A stretch of 64,000 nt of DNA from an uncultured virus (IMG/VR IMGVR_UViG_3300010883_000016) (Duplodnaviria > Heunggongvirae > Uroviricota > Caudoviricetes), in IMG/VR virus record IMGVR_UViG_3300010883_000016, one strand, 5' to 3'. The notes beneath the pieces were generated by a model. That model saw only the letters and a list, made by a program, of their open reading frames with translations. It was not told the DNA's origin and did not search any database. Made by a program: the position numbers and the translations under genes. This document shows, in pieces, positions 49,061-57,982 of this stretch (position 1 is the first letter of the stretch; every line of letters begins with the position of its first letter).

Positions 49061-50470
49061 ATGCATATTTCATTAGACGGTGTTCCTGCGGCAGTCCTGT
49101 CGCTGGCGGATCGTGTTGAGAAGGCGGCTGGCAAGGCCGTTCTCGTTGGCGGTGCTGTGATCGATATGATCCAGAAACGCATGCCCAAGGATTGGGATCT
49201 GGAGGTGTTCGGGCTTGGCTATGATAGCCTTGCGGCGCTCTTTTCGGATCTGAATCCCAAGTTAGTCGGAAAACAGTTCGGCGTTATCAAGCTGACTGTT
49301 GACGATCTTGATGTCGATGTCAATGTGCCGAGGATCGACAACAAGGTTGGTGTTGGTCATGATGGCTTTGAATGTGATTTTGATCCGATGATGACTGTGG
49401 AGGAGGCAGCTCGCCGTCGAGACTTCTCGATCAACGCGCTGGCTATTGACTTGCGTACAGGTGAGGTTGTTGATCCCTACGGTGGGCTGGCCGATCTTGA
49501 GGCGGGTGTGCTTCGGGCAACTGATCCACACTTGTTCGTGCAAGATCCGCTCCGGGCACTCCGAGGCATGCAGTTGCTTGCACGCAAGGCTGAGACTGTG
49601 GACACTGCTACCATGCAGTTGATTCGCAGCATGGTTGACACCTTCCCGGAGTTGGCGGCTGAGCGTGTGCATGAGGAGTGGCGCAAGCTGCTGCTCAAGG
49701 CTGAGCGTCCGAGTGTTGGTCTGGAGTTCCTTCGGGAGTCCGGTTGGCTGGTTCACTTCCCAGAGCTTCAAGCGCTGATTGGATGTGAGCAGAACCCCGA
49801 GTGGCACCCAGAGGGTGACGTTTGGGTTCATTCCTGCCACACGGTTGATTCGGCTGCATGGGTTCGGGATCAGGGTGTCCTCCCCGAGGAATGGGTCGAG
49901 GCCTTCATGTTCGGGACCATGTGTCATGATCTTGGCAAGCCTGACGTGACAATCACTCCGGAGATGGTCGCGAATGATGAGGCTCCCAAGGAACGTCTGT
50001 GGACGGCATGGGGTCACGATCAAGCGGGCATGCCGCATGGTGAGAACTTCCTTCGTCGCATGACGAACAACAAGGATCTCATCAAGAAAACCACCACGAT
50101 CATCGGGGAGCACATGCAACCCTTCAATCTGTGGCAGGGTGAAGGCAAAATGTCTGCCTACAAGCGACTTCACAATCGCTTGCGGCTGGATGTTCTTGGC
50201 TGGGTATGTCGGTGCGATTCTTGTGGAGGCCCGGATGTGAGCATCGGTGACCCTGACCTGGAGCACAAAACCAGCACAGCCTGCTGGGATCGCTTCAGCG
50301 AGATTGGTCCCGAGCCGGTCAGGGCAATCCTGATGGGACGGCACCTGATTGACGCAGGCATCAAGCCCGGGCCCACGTTCAAGGTCCGACTGGACGCTGC
50401 ATATGAACAGCAGATTGAGGGAATCGATGATATCGACACCCTCTTGAAGGTTGCTCTCGCAGCTGTGTAG
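49061..50470 (+). CDS. cca: CCA-adding tRNA nucleotidyltransferase (class II) with HD domain
   Basis: VGGAVID, DWD, RRDFSINA, DPLR, ERVHEEW, HPEGDVWVH, HDLGK. Confidence 0.9.
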   Translation: MHISLDGVPAAVLSLADRVEKAAGKAVLVGGAVIDMIQKRMPKDWDLEVFGLGYDSLAALFSDLNPKLVGKQFGVIKLTVDDLDVDVNVPRIDNKVGVGHDGFECDFDPMMTVEEAARRRDFSINALAIDLRTGEVVDPYGGLADLEAGVLRATDPHLFVQDPLRALRGMQLLARKAETVDTATMQLIRSMVDTFPELAAERVHEEWRKLLLKAERPSVGLEFLRESGWLVHFPELQALIGCEQNPEWHPEGDVWVHSCHTVDSAAWVRDQGVLPEEWVEAFMFGTMCHDLGKPDVTITPEMVANDEAPKERLWTAWGHDQAGMPHGENFLRRMTNNKDLIKKTTTIIGEHMQPFNLWQGEGKMSAYKRLHNRLRLDVLGWVCRCDSCGGPDVSIGDPDLEHKTSTACWDRFSEIGPEPVRAILMGRHLIDAGIKPGPTFKVRLDAAYEQQIEGIDDIDTLLKVALAAV

Positions 50471-50486
50471 GCAAGCCAAGTACAAG

Positions 50487-50513
50487 GCGGCACCCTTCGG
50501 GGTGCCGCTTTTT
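50487..50513 (+). terminator. Intrinsic terminator
   Basis: GCGGCACCC-TTCG-GGGTGCCGC-TTTTT. Confidence 0.85.
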
Positions 50514-50523
50514 GCATTTATAG

Positions 50524-50590
50524 TGTCGCAAATGCGATAATATATATGCGACAATATAATGATTTCATATATTTGTTTTTCATATGCTAT
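50524..50590 (+). promoter_or_regulatory. Cassette promoter element 4
   Basis: Boxes at 50524/50533/50547; TGCTAT at 50585. Confidence 0.8.
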
Positions 50591-50635
50591 TTATATGTGT
50601 AGACAATCTTGTCTGCATTTTGGAGGTTATATCTT

Positions 50636-51136
50636 ATGACTAAGCGTCTCATCATCATCCGCGCTCTTCCCGGCGCTGGCAAGAGCACTCTTGCTGAACT
50701 TATTGGCTCTGCAGATCTCAGTAGGAGTGTCGTTTGTACCACCGATGACTTTCCAGGTCTGTACACTCGTGACGAAGACATGGGTCTCGTCTTCAACGGC
50801 ATGCATTTCGACGAGAATGATGTTCCGATGATCGTAAAGGCTCACGAGTGGAATCAGAGGCTCGTTGAGGTTGCAATGGAGACCGGGGCCTATCACACTG
50901 TCATCGTTCCCAACACCAATGTTCAGCGCTGGGAGTTTCAGGCCTATCTTGATTTGGCAGAGACCTACAGCTATCAGGTCACCGTCGTCTCTCTCTTTGA
51001 TGGTGGCTGCACTGACGACGAGCTTTTGTGCAGGAACACGCACGGCGTTCCACTTCAGGCCATTCAGCGCATGCGTGAGGGCTTTGAGCATGATTGGAAG
51101 AATGCCGATCCTCGCAACCCACGCGAGCGTGGGTGA
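50636..51136 (+). CDS. P-loop kinase, AAA_33/N4BP2-like (polynucleotide-kinase-like)
   Basis: LPGAGKSTLA, AHEWNQ, NTN, RNTHGVP. Confidence 0.85.
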   Translation: MTKRLIIIRALPGAGKSTLAELIGSADLSRSVVCTTDDFPGLYTRDEDMGLVFNGMHFDENDVPMIVKAHEWNQRLVEVAMETGAYHTVIVPNTNVQRWEFQAYLDLAETYSYQVTVVSLFDGGCTDDELLCRNTHGVPLQAIQRMREGFEHDWKNADPRNPRERG

Positions 51137-51150
51137 TTAGATAGTCAAAC

Positions 51151-51172
51151 GCGGGGCCCTTCGGGGCCCCGC
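51151..51172 (+). terminator. GC hairpin, TTCG loop
   Basis: GCGGGGCCC-TTCG-GGGCCCCGC. Confidence 0.6.
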
Positions 51173-51195
51173 TCTACCCAAACAAGGAGGCTTAG

Positions 51196-51411
51196 ATGGC
51201 CAAAGCAAAGTCAAAGCCTGTGGTCGCATCCAAGGATAAGGATGCACCTATGGTGATCAATATTCGAGATTCTCGTTCGAAGCAGAACGAGGCAGCCCGT
51301 GCGGCGGGAGCGAGGAAGACGACTCGTGGTCATCGCAGAAAGGAGCGTACACGAAATGAAATGATGGGGTTCACTCGCAAAAAGAAGCATAAGGGTCAGG
51401 GCGGCGAATAG
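51196..51411 (+). CDS. Small basic protein with ArfA-like tail
   Basis: AGGAGG RBS; GFTRKKKHKG C-terminus. Confidence 0.6.
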   Translation: MAKAKSKPVVASKDKDAPMVINIRDSRSKQNEAARAAGARKTTRGHRRKERTRNEMMGFTRKKKHKGQGGE

Positions 51412-51439
51412 CCGCCCGGCCCTGTCTTGGGGTATTTGT

Positions 51440-51510
51440 TGTCGCATATGCGACAATATAATATTTGCGACAATATAATATATACCATATATTTGTTTTT
51501 CATATGCTAT
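51440..51510 (+). promoter_or_regulatory. Cassette promoter element 5
   Basis: Boxes at 51440/51449/51466; TGCTAT at 51505. Confidence 0.8.
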
Positions 51511-51554
51511 GTTTATACATCTGATAATCTTATCAGACACACACTGGAGAATAC

Positions 51555-52016
51555 ATGGACAAGTTCCTATATTTGCTCTCGGCTTTTGGCATCAAGGCAG
51601 CGCCCGATGATGTTGAGGCTATTTTCGACATGGCTACCATTGAGGAGAACGCGCTTCCCGTTCTTGAAGGTGAGGCCGCACAGTTGCGCGAGCAACTTGC
51701 TGATCTCGACGCGAATATCGCGGCGATGAAGGCAGAGGCTGGCAAGTGCCGTACTCGAATCGGAAGCCTCAAGTCTGGATCTCATTCCAGCGGCCTCCCC
51801 ATCGAGAGCAACGAGCATCGTTCTCGTAGCAACGCCACCCTCTACTACCTTCGGCAGCGTGCCACGGTTGAGCCGGTTCATCGTGCTGAGATTGCACAGT
51901 ATGTCTATGGTGACCGAGACAAGGGTAGTCTCAGCCGTCTCTCTCTCGTCCTTTGCGTACTCAAGCGCAAGGGAATGGTTCGCAACGGTCCTCGCGGCTA
52001 CTGGTTCCCACTGTAG
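51555..52016 (+). CDS. Coiled-coil plus winged-helix-like protein
   Basis: Heptad segment, then HRAEIAQYV...LKRKGMVRNGPRGYW. Confidence 0.6.
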   Translation: MDKFLYLLSAFGIKAAPDDVEAIFDMATIEENALPVLEGEAAQLREQLADLDANIAAMKAEAGKCRTRIGSLKSGSHSSGLPIESNEHRSRSNATLYYLRQRATVEPVHRAEIAQYVYGDRDKGSLSRLSLVLCVLKRKGMVRNGPRGYWFPL

Positions 52017-52028
52017 CCCACCTCTCAC

Positions 52029-52055
52029 AGGCCTGGGCATGCCTTCCAACTGCCC
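52029..52055 (+). ncRNA. H-type pseudoknot copy 1
   Basis: AGGC-CT-GGGCA-T-GCCT-TCCAAC-TGCCC. Confidence 0.7.
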
Positions 52056-52087
52056 TTCTTTTCACACTCATACATGGAGATACAAGT

Positions 52088-52324
52088 ATGGCAACAGACG
52101 AAAAAAATTCCTTTCTTACGATGCTGCTGAATGAGGTTTCTACTTCGATGGCAAAAACAAGCGGAAAGGGCATGGCCCGGTCGGATGCACTTGCACAAGG
52201 CAAGTGCGCCTCTTGCAGTGGTGATGCTACTACCTTCCGCGATGACACTTCCAGGCGAGAGTACCCGCTCACTGCTTGGTGTCAAAAATGTCAGGACAAC
52301 TTCTTCGGCGCTGATTGCGGCTGA
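52088..52324 (+). CDS. Small Zn-finger protein
   Basis: CASC...CQKCQD; GGAG RBS. Confidence 0.65.
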   Translation: MATDEKNSFLTMLLNEVSTSMAKTSGKGMARSDALAQGKCASCSGDATTFRDDTSRREYPLTAWCQKCQDNFFGADCG

Positions 52325-52368
52325 ATAACCGAGGGGGGGCTCAGCCCCCCCTCTTTGGAGACCATATA

Positions 52369-52755
52369 ATGGCAAAGCGACTTTTTGAACACAATGACGC
52401 ATGGGAATCTATAGCCTCTCGATGTGCGAATGAGATCACGATTGTTTTGAGAGAGGTCCTGGGCAAGCTTGAGGCTGAACTTGAAGACACCGTTGACTTG
52501 CGTGACTTTCACTATGTTGCGAATCACGCTATTGGTGGATTTGTTTCTGATCTGTCCATTATGCGCAGACTTGGAAGCGGAGATGAGCAGCCGCGTGAGA
52601 TCATGAAACACTACCCGAGGCTTTCAACACCGGACACCTATAGCCACAACTGGTATTGTGAGGCCAGCCCATCAAGCCATTGTGCTTACGATGACGAGGC
52701 TGACCCAATGAATGATCAATGCATTTATTGTGGGGACCCTCGCGAGAGAAAGTGA
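52369..52755 (+). CDS. Hypothetical protein with C-terminal Cys cluster
   Basis: GGAG RBS; CIYCGDPRERK. Confidence 0.65.
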   Translation: MAKRLFEHNDAWESIASRCANEITIVLREVLGKLEAELEDTVDLRDFHYVANHAIGGFVSDLSIMRRLGSGDEQPREIMKHYPRLSTPDTYSHNWYCEASPSSHCAYDDEADPMNDQCIYCGDPRERK

Positions 52756-52761
52756 TCTAAG

Positions 52762-52788
52762 GACCTGAGCAAGTCATGGAAACTGCTC
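52762..52788 (+). ncRNA. H-type pseudoknot copy 2
   Basis: GAC-CT-GAGCA-A-GTC-ATGGAAAC-TGCTC. Confidence 0.7.
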
Positions 52789-52794
52789 ATTCTT

Positions 52795-52870
52795 TGTCGC
52801 ACTTGCGACAATATATAATTATATATGCGACAATATATATGTGTTTGCACATTTGTTCTTTGCATGCTAT
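52795..52870 (+). promoter_or_regulatory. Cassette promoter element 6
   Basis: Boxes at 52795/52804/52826; TGCTAT at 52865. Confidence 0.8.
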
Positions 52871-52909
52871 GTATGGGTGGCAATAAAGCCGCAACCCTGG
52901 AGTGAGCCT

Positions 52910-53395
52910 ATGAGCTTCTACCGTTCTTCGCAGTCTATCATTGATGATATGAACTATTACAACGATCCCCGCACACGTGCTGCACGTGAAGGCCAGTGGT
53001 GGGATTCTTTCGATGAGCGCACAATGACTGCCTCAAAGGAACTGACCTACTGGGATGAAGAGGATGAGGAGATTGTTGAGGACTTCACCTTCAACATTCG
53101 TTTCGAGGTCTGCAGCCTTTGCAACGGAAAGGGATCTCATGTTAATCCCAGCATTGATAGTGGCGGCCTGTCTCAGGATGATTTTGATTACGATCCTGAC
53201 TTCGAAGAGGACTACCACTCTGGCTGTCATGATGTTTCCTGCAATCAATGCAGTGGGAAGCGGGTCGTTCCTGTCATCGATGATCGTTGCCTCACTGATG
53301 ATCAGAAGCGTGCGCTCAAGATCATGGAGGAGTACGCAGAGGATGAGCGTAGGCATCACGCCGAAGTGATGGCTGAGATGAGAATGGGCTGTTAG
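52910..53395 (+). CDS. Hypothetical protein with DnaJ-type Zn finger
   Basis: CSLCNGKG...CNQCSGKR. Confidence 0.7.
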   Translation: MSFYRSSQSIIDDMNYYNDPRTRAAREGQWWDSFDERTMTASKELTYWDEEDEEIVEDFTFNIRFEVCSLCNGKGSHVNPSIDSGGLSQDDFDYDPDFEEDYHSGCHDVSCNQCSGKRVVPVIDDRCLTDDQKRALKIMEEYAEDERRHHAEVMAEMRMGC

Positions 53396-53406
53396 TCCAC
53401 ACGTAT

Positions 53407-53433
53407 AGACCTGGGCATGTCTTCTAACTGCCC
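53407..53433 (+). ncRNA. H-type pseudoknot copy 3
   Basis: AGAC-CT-GGGCA-T-GTCT-TCTAAC-TGCCC. Confidence 0.7.
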
Positions 53434-53462
53434 ATCCCAACCCACACACATATGGAGTACGT

Positions 53463-53819
53463 ATGAAGATCATTCAGCCTAGAGAGTATAGAACCATCGT
53501 GACTTGCACGCTCATGTTCGAAAGCTACCATTTCGATTGTGATGAGAATGGAGTCGTAGATAAATCCAAGCTTCCACCGCTTGCACTTGAGAACTATCGC
53601 AAGTGCATTGCGAGCGGCGAGAAGGGCAGATTTGAGCGCTATGAGCGTGGCCATAGCGAGCCTGCCATTGGCAAGTGCTCATGTGGCCAAGAGGTCACTC
53701 TTGCCAACTTCACCAATACCTGCGGGTGTGGTGCTGACTACAACTCAGGCGGACAGATGCTGGCCTGCCGTAGCCAGTGGGGTGAGGAAACCGGAGAGCA
53801 CTGGACGGACTGTTACTAG
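53463..53819 (+). CDS. Hypothetical Zn-ribbon protein
   Basis: CSCG...CGCG..YNSGGQ..SQWGEETGE. Confidence 0.7.
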   Translation: MKIIQPREYRTIVTCTLMFESYHFDCDENGVVDKSKLPPLALENYRKCIASGEKGRFERYERGHSEPAIGKCSCGQEVTLANFTNTCGCGADYNSGGQMLACRSQWGEETGEHWTDCY

Positions 53820-53828
53820 TCCGCTTAT

Positions 53829-53855
53829 AGACCTGAGCATGTCTTTAAACTGCTC
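53829..53855 (+). ncRNA. H-type pseudoknot copy 4
   Basis: AGAC-CT-GAGCA-T-GTCT-TTAAAC-TGCTC. Confidence 0.7.
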
Positions 53856-53861
53856 ATTCTT

Positions 53862-53939
53862 TGTCGCATATGCGACAATATATTGTATATATGTATGCGA
53901 CAATATATTCACCTCATGTATTTGTTTTTTGTTTGCTAT
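53862..53939 (+). promoter_or_regulatory. Cassette promoter element 7
   Basis: Boxes at 53862/53871/53896; TGCTAT at 53934. Confidence 0.8.
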
Positions 53940-53987
53940 TCTATAATATCAAACAATCATGTTTGATGTTTCTGTTGGAGGTGTACC

Positions 53988-54530
53988 ATTACTACACAAC
54001 TCATTGACCACGCAAGCTCCGCTCCTAAAGGCGGTTTCATTCACATTCGCACCTATGAGGCAAAGACCAGTGGTGAGGTCGCTCATCACACGATCAATGG
54101 CTCGGTATCCTGGGAGAACATCCTTTTTCGGGCGATGGAGGCCCTCACTCTTGTCAAGGCAGAGGATATTGCTGCCGACTGCAAGGCTTGCGACGGAGAC
54201 ATTGATCTTGCTCGGAAGGCTCTTGGCGAGGTCAAAGCTTCTTTCTTGAAGTCCTACAATAGAATCCAGAACGACCAGGATTCTACGGCAAACTATGAGT
54301 ATCTTGCTCCTGGTATCGCTACCCTACCCGATGATGATACCTTCTACATCTGGGGCCTGTGTGTACACAAGGAAGTCGTCACTCCTGGCGCGTACAAAAA
54401 GGTGAACAGCCATCCGAAAACGCTTGTCAAGCGGTACATCGAAAGGCTCACGCCTGCGAGCAAGTTCCGGCGGTTCAAGCTGACGCCGGGCACGTATGAC
54501 TACGTGTCTATCAACGGTGACAAGGTTTAG
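53988..54530 (+). CDS. Hypothetical protein, probable ATT start
   Basis: GGAGGT 5 nt before an in-frame ATT; frame open into the 54135 ORF. Confidence 0.6.
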   Translation: MTTQLIDHASSAPKGGFIHIRTYEAKTSGEVAHHTINGSVSWENILFRAMEALTLVKAEDIAADCKACDGDIDLARKALGEVKASFLKSYNRIQNDQDSTANYEYLAPGIATLPDDDTFYIWGLCVHKEVVTPGAYKKVNSHPKTLVKRYIERLTPASKFRRFKLTPGTYDYVSINGDKV

Positions 54531-54587
54531 TCGCACAGACCCGCCGCACACCCGCCTGGGTGTGCGGCCACCTTGTCGGTGATATTT

Positions 54588-54644
54588 TGTCGCAAGTCTT
54601 GCGACAATAAATTTAAGAGAGCACATTTGTTTTTCTAATGCTAT
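54588..54644 (+). promoter_or_regulatory. Cassette promoter element 8
   Basis: Boxes at 54588/54600; TGCTAT at 54639. Confidence 0.8.
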
Positions 54645-54697
54645 CTCTATACGTGGCAATCATGTCACTTCTTACCCCTATTTGGAGGACGTTAGTT

Positions 54698-55573
54698 ATG
54701 GCTGCTTATGCACAAAAGCGCGGAGACAAGAAAAACTTCGCATGGAAAATGGTCGATGCCCTAATCGCTGACATTGGTCAGCTTACAGACGAGGCCAAAG
54801 CCTCTGACACCTTTCAGCGATGGCTCAAGTCGCAGGCAGCCTTTCACTCATACTCGTGGTACAACACGGGTCTGATCATGATTCAGTCTCAGAGGCATGA
54901 CTTCGTTGCCACTCAGGTTGCTGGTGCCGGAGCGTGGAAGAAACTTGGGCGAGTCGTAGATCTCGATAACTTCAAGCGGCGCAAGCTTTGGATTCTTGCT
55001 CCGATCTTCAAGTCCCTTGATCCTCCGCAGGTGGGGAGCGACGGCAAGGAGCGGAAGCAGCTTGCGGGATTTCGAAACGTGTACGTGTTCGATATCAGCC
55101 AGACAACCGGGGACGAGATTCCGAAGCTCGAATGGCGCCAGAAGGGTGATGATGGCGGGCTCTGCGATGCGCTTGAGATTGAGTACGAGCGTAGAGGTAT
55201 CAAGCTTGAGTATGTTGACGGACTTGGCGGCGCGAATGGAACATCTTCGGGTGGGCACGTTCGCATCCTCGAGTCTCTGAGTGGGCAAGAGAGAGCTGGC
55301 ACCCTCGCTCATGAACTCGCTCATGAGATTCTTCACTGGGCACCCGGCGGCGGCCGCCCAACGGAACCGGGATGGTACGAGAATCATTCTCGCTCCACGA
55401 AGGAAATCGAGGCGGAGAGTACTTCGGCTGTCATCATGGGCGCATGGGGACTTGACTACTCACCTTCAGCAATGTATCTCGCATGCTGGAAGGGTGATAG
55501 CAAGAAGGTCAAGGAATCTATGAAGTCCATTCAGAGGGCGTCAAAGGATATCCTTTCGCACATCATGAAGTAG
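54698..55573 (+). CDS. ArdC-like ssDNA-binding domain plus zincin-like domain (antirestriction family)
   Basis: FHSYSWYNTGLI, VAG..AWKKLGR.V, ILAP, VFDISQT; LAHELAH, EIEAES. Confidence 0.8.
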   Translation: MAAYAQKRGDKKNFAWKMVDALIADIGQLTDEAKASDTFQRWLKSQAAFHSYSWYNTGLIMIQSQRHDFVATQVAGAGAWKKLGRVVDLDNFKRRKLWILAPIFKSLDPPQVGSDGKERKQLAGFRNVYVFDISQTTGDEIPKLEWRQKGDDGGLCDALEIEYERRGIKLEYVDGLGGANGTSSGGHVRILESLSGQERAGTLAHELAHEILHWAPGGGRPTEPGWYENHSRSTKEIEAESTSAVIMGAWGLDYSPSAMYLACWKGDSKKVKESMKSIQRASKDILSHIMK

Positions 55574-55583
55574 GAGGCACAGC

Positions 55584-55613
55584 GAAAGGGGGTGGCGAAA
55601 GCCACCCCCTTTC
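55584..55613 (+). terminator. GC hairpin, GAAA loop
   Basis: GAAAGGGGGTGGC-GAAA-GCCACCCCCTTTC. Confidence 0.7.
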
Positions 55614-55632
55614 CATTCATACGTATATATTT

Positions 55633-55687
55633 TGTCGCAGATTTGCGACAATATTTTTATCAAACATATTTGTCCTTAGTATACTAT
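55633..55687 (+). promoter_or_regulatory. Cassette promoter element 9 (heads tRNA-Lys)
   Basis: Boxes at 55633/55644; TACTAT at 55682, 11 nt before the tRNA. Confidence 0.8.
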
Positions 55688-55698
55688 GTATTGAATGT

Positions 55699-55774
55699 GG
55701 GTCCGTAGCTCAACTGGTAGAGCAAAGGACTTTTAATCCTTAGGTCGTGGGTTCGAGCCCCACCGGACCCACCA
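55699..55774 (+). tRNA. tRNA-Lys (anticodon TTT), CCA encoded
   Basis: Acceptor GGGTCCG/CGGACCC; D arm GCTC/GAGC; AAGGA-CTTTTAA-TCCTT; GTGGG-TTCGAGC-CCCAC; ACCA. Confidence 0.97.
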
Positions 55775-55794
55775 TTTACACGAAGGAGGTTGCT

Positions 55795-56481
55795 ATGACT
55801 ATTTTTTACGCTGGTGATACACATGGGCGTATCAATCACATCGCCAATATTGATCGACTCGCGTCCGAGGCGGGGGTCACCCATGTTGTTCAGGTTGGTG
55901 ATTTTGGCATTCGCTGGCCAGGCGGGCACTGCCCAATCTTCAAGTACTTTGAGAAGCGTGCTCGCAAGAACAGGCCTGGTCCAACTTGGATCACTTGTGG
56001 CGGCAACCATGATAACTGGGATAAGTGGAATGAGCTTTCTGCGGAACAGGGCCATCCCGATCTTGTTGAACTTGCTCCGGCGTGTTTTTTCGCTCAGCGT
56101 GGCTCGGTTCACGTGCTTGATGGCGTAAAGCATATTTTCTGCGGCGGAGCTGAAAGCACGGATCGACACATACGAGCCGTTGGTGTTGATTGGTGGGCCG
56201 CAGAGACACCCACATATGCTGAGTTTACTCTGTTCATGGACAGGCTTGAGTCCGAAGAGCCTGACGTGGTTGTTACACATGATGCGCCTGTACGTGTACC
56301 AATCAAGAGGACGCAGCGCCATACGAGCCCTACACCTACAAACCTTGAAAACATAATCAAACTCTCTGCGCACAAGCCAAAGGTTTGGTATTACGGGCAT
56401 CATCATACTATGGATGAGATTGAGGTTGATGGTGTATTGTATCGTTGCTGCGGTCTACATGGTCAGTACAAAGAAAGCTAA
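55795..56481 (+). CDS. Calcineurin-like metallophosphoesterase
   Basis: GDTHG, GDFG, GNHD, THD, GHHH. Confidence 0.9.
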   Translation: MTIFYAGDTHGRINHIANIDRLASEAGVTHVVQVGDFGIRWPGGHCPIFKYFEKRARKNRPGPTWITCGGNHDNWDKWNELSAEQGHPDLVELAPACFFAQRGSVHVLDGVKHIFCGGAESTDRHIRAVGVDWWAAETPTYAEFTLFMDRLESEEPDVVVTHDAPVRVPIKRTQRHTSPTPTNLENIIKLSAHKPKVWYYGHHHTMDEIEVDGVLYRCCGLHGQYKES

Positions 56482-56484
56482 ACG

Positions 56485-56558
56485 GGAGGGGTGATGAAAG
56501 TCACCCCTCCTTATGCGACAATATATTTGATTTAGACTATTCATTATTTAGATGCTAT
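56485..56558 (+). promoter_or_regulatory. Hairpin plus cassette promoter element 10
   Basis: Hairpin 56485-56510; box at 56514; TGCTAT at 56553. Confidence 0.75.
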
Positions 56559-56596
56559 TTGTAGGTGGCACTAAAGCCTACACACACGGAGCAACT

Positions 56597-56914
56597 ATGT
56601 TTATCGACGCAAATGAAATCATCAAGCTTATTGAGGCCGCGAAGGACTGTCAAGAAAGGCTGCCAGAGAATGAGCAATGGCTTCACTTTAGCGACCTTGA
56701 GGCGACTCTTCAAAAGCTGATTGATGATGAGGGCGACCGCCTTGATCAGATGGCGAGGGAGTTTGAGGATCGCGATCAAGCCAAGCAGGATGATGCCGAG
56801 GCTGCTGCCAACGAAATGATGGAGGCTGGAGCTGCTGTCATGGATTGGGCGCGGCAAGAAAAGCTGATGGATGATGAAACTCGAAAGATTCAAGACTGGC
56901 CTGGCGCAGTCTAG
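56597..56914 (+). CDS. Hypothetical acidic helical protein
   Basis: GGAG RBS. Confidence 0.7.
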   Translation: MFIDANEIIKLIEAAKDCQERLPENEQWLHFSDLEATLQKLIDDEGDRLDQMAREFEDRDQAKQDDAEAAANEMMEAGAAVMDWARQEKLMDDETRKIQDWPGAV

Positions 56915-56923
56915 TCGCTTTCC

Positions 56924-56988
56924 GGCCCCCTTCGGGGGGCCTTTGCGACAATAAATCTTCTCCAGCATATTTATCTTTTTCGTGCTAT
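56924..56988 (+). promoter_or_regulatory. Hairpin plus cassette promoter element 11
   Basis: GGCCCCC-TTCG-GGGGGCC fused to TTTGCGACAATA; TGCTAT at 56983. Confidence 0.8.
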
Positions 56989-57054
56989 TTATAGGTGTCG
57001 GGAAGGAAAACAGCCGTCACCCGATGCGGCACACAACCATAAAGGACAGATAAA

Positions 57055-57495
57055 ATGGCTAATATTTTCATTGACGAGACTACCGAGGATGTTGTTGATA
57101 CCATCAAGCAGACCATGAGTGTGAAGATGGACGATGACGGCACCCCCTCTGTATCATTTGCTACCAACCGAGGCAAGGGTTCAGGCGCACAAGCATTGCC
57201 TGTGAATGAGTTTGACGAGTACGTTGCGGCGCTGGAAGAAGTTGTCGAGAATGGCATCCAAGAGATTCCAGACTGCGATCTTTCTCCGGCGGAGATGGTT
57301 CGAGACACGATCCGCAACATTGACGGGATGATCACATTCCGGGTTCGTGGTGGAAAGGGCAGCAAGCCTGCTAAGATTCCAGCAGGACGGTTCTCCGAGG
57401 TCGTTGGACTCCTGCGCTCTACCGTGAAGTTGGTCGAAACCGCCGCGGATTCTCTGTCCGATGAAGCGGACGAGTACGAGGATGATGGAGAGTAG
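57055..57495 (+). CDS. Hypothetical protein with two internal repeats, paralog of 59907..60341
   Basis: First 24 aa identical to the paralog. Confidence 0.85.
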   Translation: MANIFIDETTEDVVDTIKQTMSVKMDDDGTPSVSFATNRGKGSGAQALPVNEFDEYVAALEEVVENGIQEIPDCDLSPAEMVRDTIRNIDGMITFRVRGGKGSKPAKIPAGRFSEVVGLLRSTVKLVETAADSLSDEADEYEDDGE

Positions 57496-57563
57496 GTAAT
57501 CTCTGGCGGGTAGGGGAAACCCTACCCGCCTCTTCGTTTGAATCACGCATGTGGATGCCCACA

Positions 57564-57643
57564 TGCGACAATAAAAGTGCGACATAATGTCGCACATTTG
57601 CGACATTATATCCTTGTTTAGATATTTATTTTTTACGCACTAT
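57564..57643 (+). promoter_or_regulatory. Cassette promoter element 12 (four boxes)
   Basis: Boxes at 57564/57578/57588(inverted)/57599; CACTAT at 57638. Confidence 0.75.
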
Positions 57644-57732
57644 TCCTATATGGGACAAACAGACTCTAAACCACAAGGAGGTATGGCTGAGTATCCGTGA
57701 AATCAATCACGAGTTCAGACAGGAGGTGATCT

Positions 57733-57924
57733 ATCTCTAATCCAGAAGATCGCAAGATGGCATACGGGCTTGCCCGTGATATGATTCGTAACCGCAAAGC
57801 TACTTCAGATATGATCGAGTATTCTCTTTCACTTCTTCCAGTGGCAGGATATAAGGCCTTAGGTCTTAGGTTACGCTTGCAACGAAAGTTGCAGGGTCTT
57901 TCCACTAAATGGGAAGATATGTAA
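57733..57924 (+). CDS. Small hypothetical protein (ATC start at 57733 or ATG at 57757; not in ORF track)
   Basis: AGGAGGTGAT SD; followed by a terminator hairpin at 57932-57960. Confidence 0.5.
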   Translation: MSNPEDRKMAYGLARDMIRNRKATSDMIEYSLSLLPVAGYKALGLRLRLQRKLQGLSTKWEDM

Positions 57925-57982
57925 GTCCCCCGGGGCCCCTCATTTTGAGGGGCCCCTTTTACACACAAGACATGAGGATGAT

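Noticed and set aside
44363..57606. Long minus-strand ORFs (e.g. 44363..45355, 49262..50554, 55684..56406, 57181..57606)
   Set aside because: Antisense shadows of GC-rich plus-strand genes that have RBS, promoter elements and recognisable motifs
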